Source of the DNA: Clostridiaceae bacterium
Lineage (GTDB): Bacteria; Bacillota; Clostridia; SK-Y3
Direction of reading: 5' to 3'
Assembly: GCA_012735465.1 (NCBI GenBank)
Contig: JAAYHJ010000016.1
Span: forward strand, 16,648 to 80,647
Length of the DNA stretch: 64,000 nt
The notes under the pieces are model-generated. The model worked only from the letters and a program-made list of their open reading frames with translations, was not told the DNA's origin and did not search any database. Position 1 is the stretch's first letter. Each line of letters opens with the position of its first letter. A program made the translations under genes and the position numbers. Positions 62,271 through 64,000 of this stretch are shown piece by piece.

Positions 62271-62951
62271 TCAAATAACCATCTCCGGCCTTACTTTCAT
62301 AAAAAAACGAACTACCAGTGCAGTCACCAATGCTTCCAACATAATACCGGATAATAATATAACAACAAATGCACTCCATCCCGAAAGGGCAAAAAAGCCT
62401 ATCTCCAAAGGCTCTCCCTCATGAAGTATACTTGTATGCCCATCACCATGGGAAAGCGCATGTTCCCAATTCGCATTAACTGCCGCTAACATTCCCAACA
62501 TTAGAGATGTGGACAATAACAACGCAATTACCACAGAAATTATGGAAGCCTTTACAGGTTTAATTCTATTAACAAGCAGTTTATACACAAAAGAGCCTGC
62601 AAATACTTCCACACCTATAATCAATGTATTTAATCCTACGGCAGTTATACCACCATGCCCTATTAAAGCAAGGATCAGGTTCACTATAAATACCCCGATA
62701 AAACCTAACCACGGGCCTGCAAGGATTCCTGCCAATACGGTTAAATTCAGATGAACAGGTAAAAATCCTAAAGGTATCGACATGGTAATAAGCATCAGGG
62801 CACTGATTACACCGATAAAAGGAACCTTTTTGGCCAGTTCCACCTTTCTCACCTTTGTAACGGCAATGCCAAGTATCCCTAAAGTAATAGCATAACCAAG
62901 GACCCACCATACAGGTTCAAGTACACCATCTACCAAATGCAAATGACTCAT
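62271..62951 (-). CDS. cbiM: CbiM/NikM-family ECF metal-uptake substrate component (atypical N-terminus, His-rich loop, no separate CbiN)
   Basis: 226 aa: MSHLHLVDGVL... (compare canonical MHIxEG), a conserved HGGITAVGLN block and a HALSHGDGHTSILHEGE loop. RBS AAAGGTGA 7 nt before the ATG. Confidence 0.7.
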   Translation of the reverse strand: MSHLHLVDGVLEPVWWVLGYAITLGILGIAVTKVRKVELAKKVPFIGVISALMLITMSIPLGFLPVHLNLTVLAGILAGPWLGFIGVFIVNLILALIGHGGITAVGLNTLIIGVEVFAGSFVYKLLVNRIKPVKASIISVVIALLLSTSLMLGMLAAVNANWEHALSHGDGHTSILHEGEPLEIGFFALSGWSAFVVILLSGIMLEALVTALVVRFFMKVRPEMVI

Positions 62952-62978
62952 TTATATATCACCTTTCTTTAATAAATT

Positions 62979-63398
62979 TTAAACTGTACCCTGACATTCG
63001 GGACAATACCCATAAACCTCCAGGCGATGGCCTATAATTTTAAACTTTGTCTGAGCCCTTATCGAGCTTTCAAAATCCGGAACCGGACACCCTTGAACCT
63101 TAAACATCTTTTTGCATCCCATGCAAATAATATGATGATAATGGGTATTGGAATTTATTTCATACCTGTATTTATTATCACCAATATCAATCTTGTTTAA
63201 CATGCGGTACGAAGCCAACAGCTCAATTGTCCTGTATACGGTAGTGAGACATATGTTGGGGTTAATATTTTTTGCCTTAATGAAAATTTCTTCTGCAGAT
63301 AGACATGTCCTGCTGTCCATGAGTATTTCCAGGATTGCTTTTCTCTGCTTTGTCATCTTGCATCCGCTTGCCGCAAAAAAGTCTTTTATATCGTTCAT
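62979..63398 (-). CDS. Fur-family metalloregulator (Fur/Zur/Nur-like; metal specificity unknown)
   Basis: 139 aa: MTKQRKAILEIL...TVYRTIELL wHTH, HYHHIIC, and CxxC...CPEC structural zinc site. First gene of the cbiMQO operon. Confidence 0.88.
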   Translation of the reverse strand: MNDIKDFFAASGCKMTKQRKAILEILMDSRTCLSAEEIFIKAKNINPNICLTTVYRTIELLASYRMLNKIDIGDNKYRYEINSNTHYHHIICMGCKKMFKVQGCPVPDFESSIRAQTKFKIIGHRLEVYGYCPECQGTV

Positions 63399-63419
63399 AT
63401 TTTCACCTCCGGCTCTATC

Positions 63420-63434
63420 TGCAAATTGTTTGCA
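63420..63434. promoter_or_regulatory. Candidate Fur-family operator (TGCAAA-TTG-TTTGCA palindrome)
   Basis: Perfect 6-3-6 inverted repeat 22-36 nt upstream of the fur-like ATG. It has the same 15-bp architecture (TG....N....CA) as Fur/Zur/PerR boxes. Confidence 0.45.
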
Positions 63435-63509
63435 TTTACATTAAGTATTCTATTTCATTTATATACTGCTGTCAAGTTTCCTGTATTGGGATAAAATTTT
63501 TTCTGCAAA

Positions 63510-63545
63510 CAAAAAAAGTACCTACCGGTTTAGTAGGTACTTAAT
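63510..63545 (-). terminator. Rho-independent terminator after adhE
   Basis: agtacctac-cggttta-gtaggtact with T7 on the minus strand, 8 nt after the stop. Confidence 0.8.
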
Positions 63546-63552
63546 AAAAATA

Positions 63553-64000
63553 CTATTCAATTCCCTCATATGCCTTCATGTAAATTTCCTTTAATTCAGA
63601 TATTAAAGGCATCCTTGGATTTGCAGTGGTGCACTGATCCTCGTAGGCTTTCTCCGCAAGTTCATCCAGCACTTTCATAAACTGTTCTCTTCTCACACCG
63701 CATTCCTTTATCGAGGTAGGCATATCCAGGCTGTTGATAAGGTCAATTACAGCCGAAACCAGGCTGTTGACGCCTTCTTCAACACTACTGCAAGGGAGCC
63801 CAAGGTATTTTGCTATTTCCGCATATTTTTCATCGGCTACATAATGCTCATATTTTGGGAAAGCAGTAAATTTCGTCGGCCTCGACGCATTATACCGTAT
63901 TACATGGGGCAGTAGTATTGCATTGGCTCTGCCGTGAGGAATATGGAACTCGCCTCCCAACTTGTGCGCCAAACTGTGGTTTATACCAAGAAAAGCATTG
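63553..64000 (-). CDS. adhE: Iron-containing alcohol dehydrogenase domain, C-terminal part (probably bifunctional AdhE); 5' end beyond the right window edge
   Basis: The reading frame stays open to position 64000. ...NAFLGINHSLAHKLGGEFHIPHGRANAILLPHVIRYN... with the Fe-ADH His ligands and an AdhE-like tail. Confidence 0.8.
   Translation of the reverse strand, partial: NAFLGINHSLAHKLGGEFHIPHGRANAILLPHVIRYNASRPTKFTAFPKYEHYVADEKYAEIAKYLGLPCSSVEEGVNSLVSAVIDLINSLDMPTSIKECGVRREQFMKVLDELAEKAYEDQCTTANPRMPLISELKEIYMKAYEGIE

Overview
A 64-kb chromosomal segment from a low-GC, endospore-forming member of the Clostridia. The gene content suggests a plant-polysaccharide degrader of the Acetivibrio/Hungateiclostridiaceae type, but the genus cannot be determined from sequence alone. 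I count about 65 protein genes (mostly minus strand), one tRNA-Ser and one IS6-family insertion sequence. There are no rRNA genes, CRISPR arrays or prophages. Positions 1.6-16.6 kb reproduce the conserved Bacillus-type housekeeping block in the same relative orientation: ksgA-yabE-tatD-metG-abrB-rsmI-yabB-yaaT-holB-yaaR-darA-yaaO, with lineage-specific insertions and losses. The rest falls into five groups. (1) Central metabolism: GTP-PEPCK, malic enzyme, coaX, birA, leuCDB, a split MetH, adhE, speA, ispE, RNase J and RNase HI. (2) Sporulation and germination: spmAB, abrB with Spo0A boxes, a gerA-type ABC operon, spoIIR, a CotF-like pair and tiny TM peptides. (3) Xylan side-chain removal: a secreted multi-module GH67 alpha-glucuronidase and a secreted esterase that share an unassigned ~105-aa module. 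(4) A Fur-family-led ECF CbiMQO-type metal transporter. (5) A variable patch next to tRNA-Ser containing a tandem gene-fragment duplication, structured repeats and the IS6 element. The most unusual item is a rewired agr-type peptide-signalling locus at 20.6-23.0 kb. It has an unlisted agrD predicting a serine-lactone ring, followed by an AgrC-like kinase, agrB and a translationally coupled 77-aa ORF, with no response regulator anywhere in the window. Second is an uncharacterised two-gene cassette at 44.2-45.9 kb (a metallophosphoesterase plus an unassignable 334-aa protein). All calls come from reading the sequence and ORF translations. No database search was run, so family names rest on motifs I recognise, and start codons were refined by RBS inspection only.
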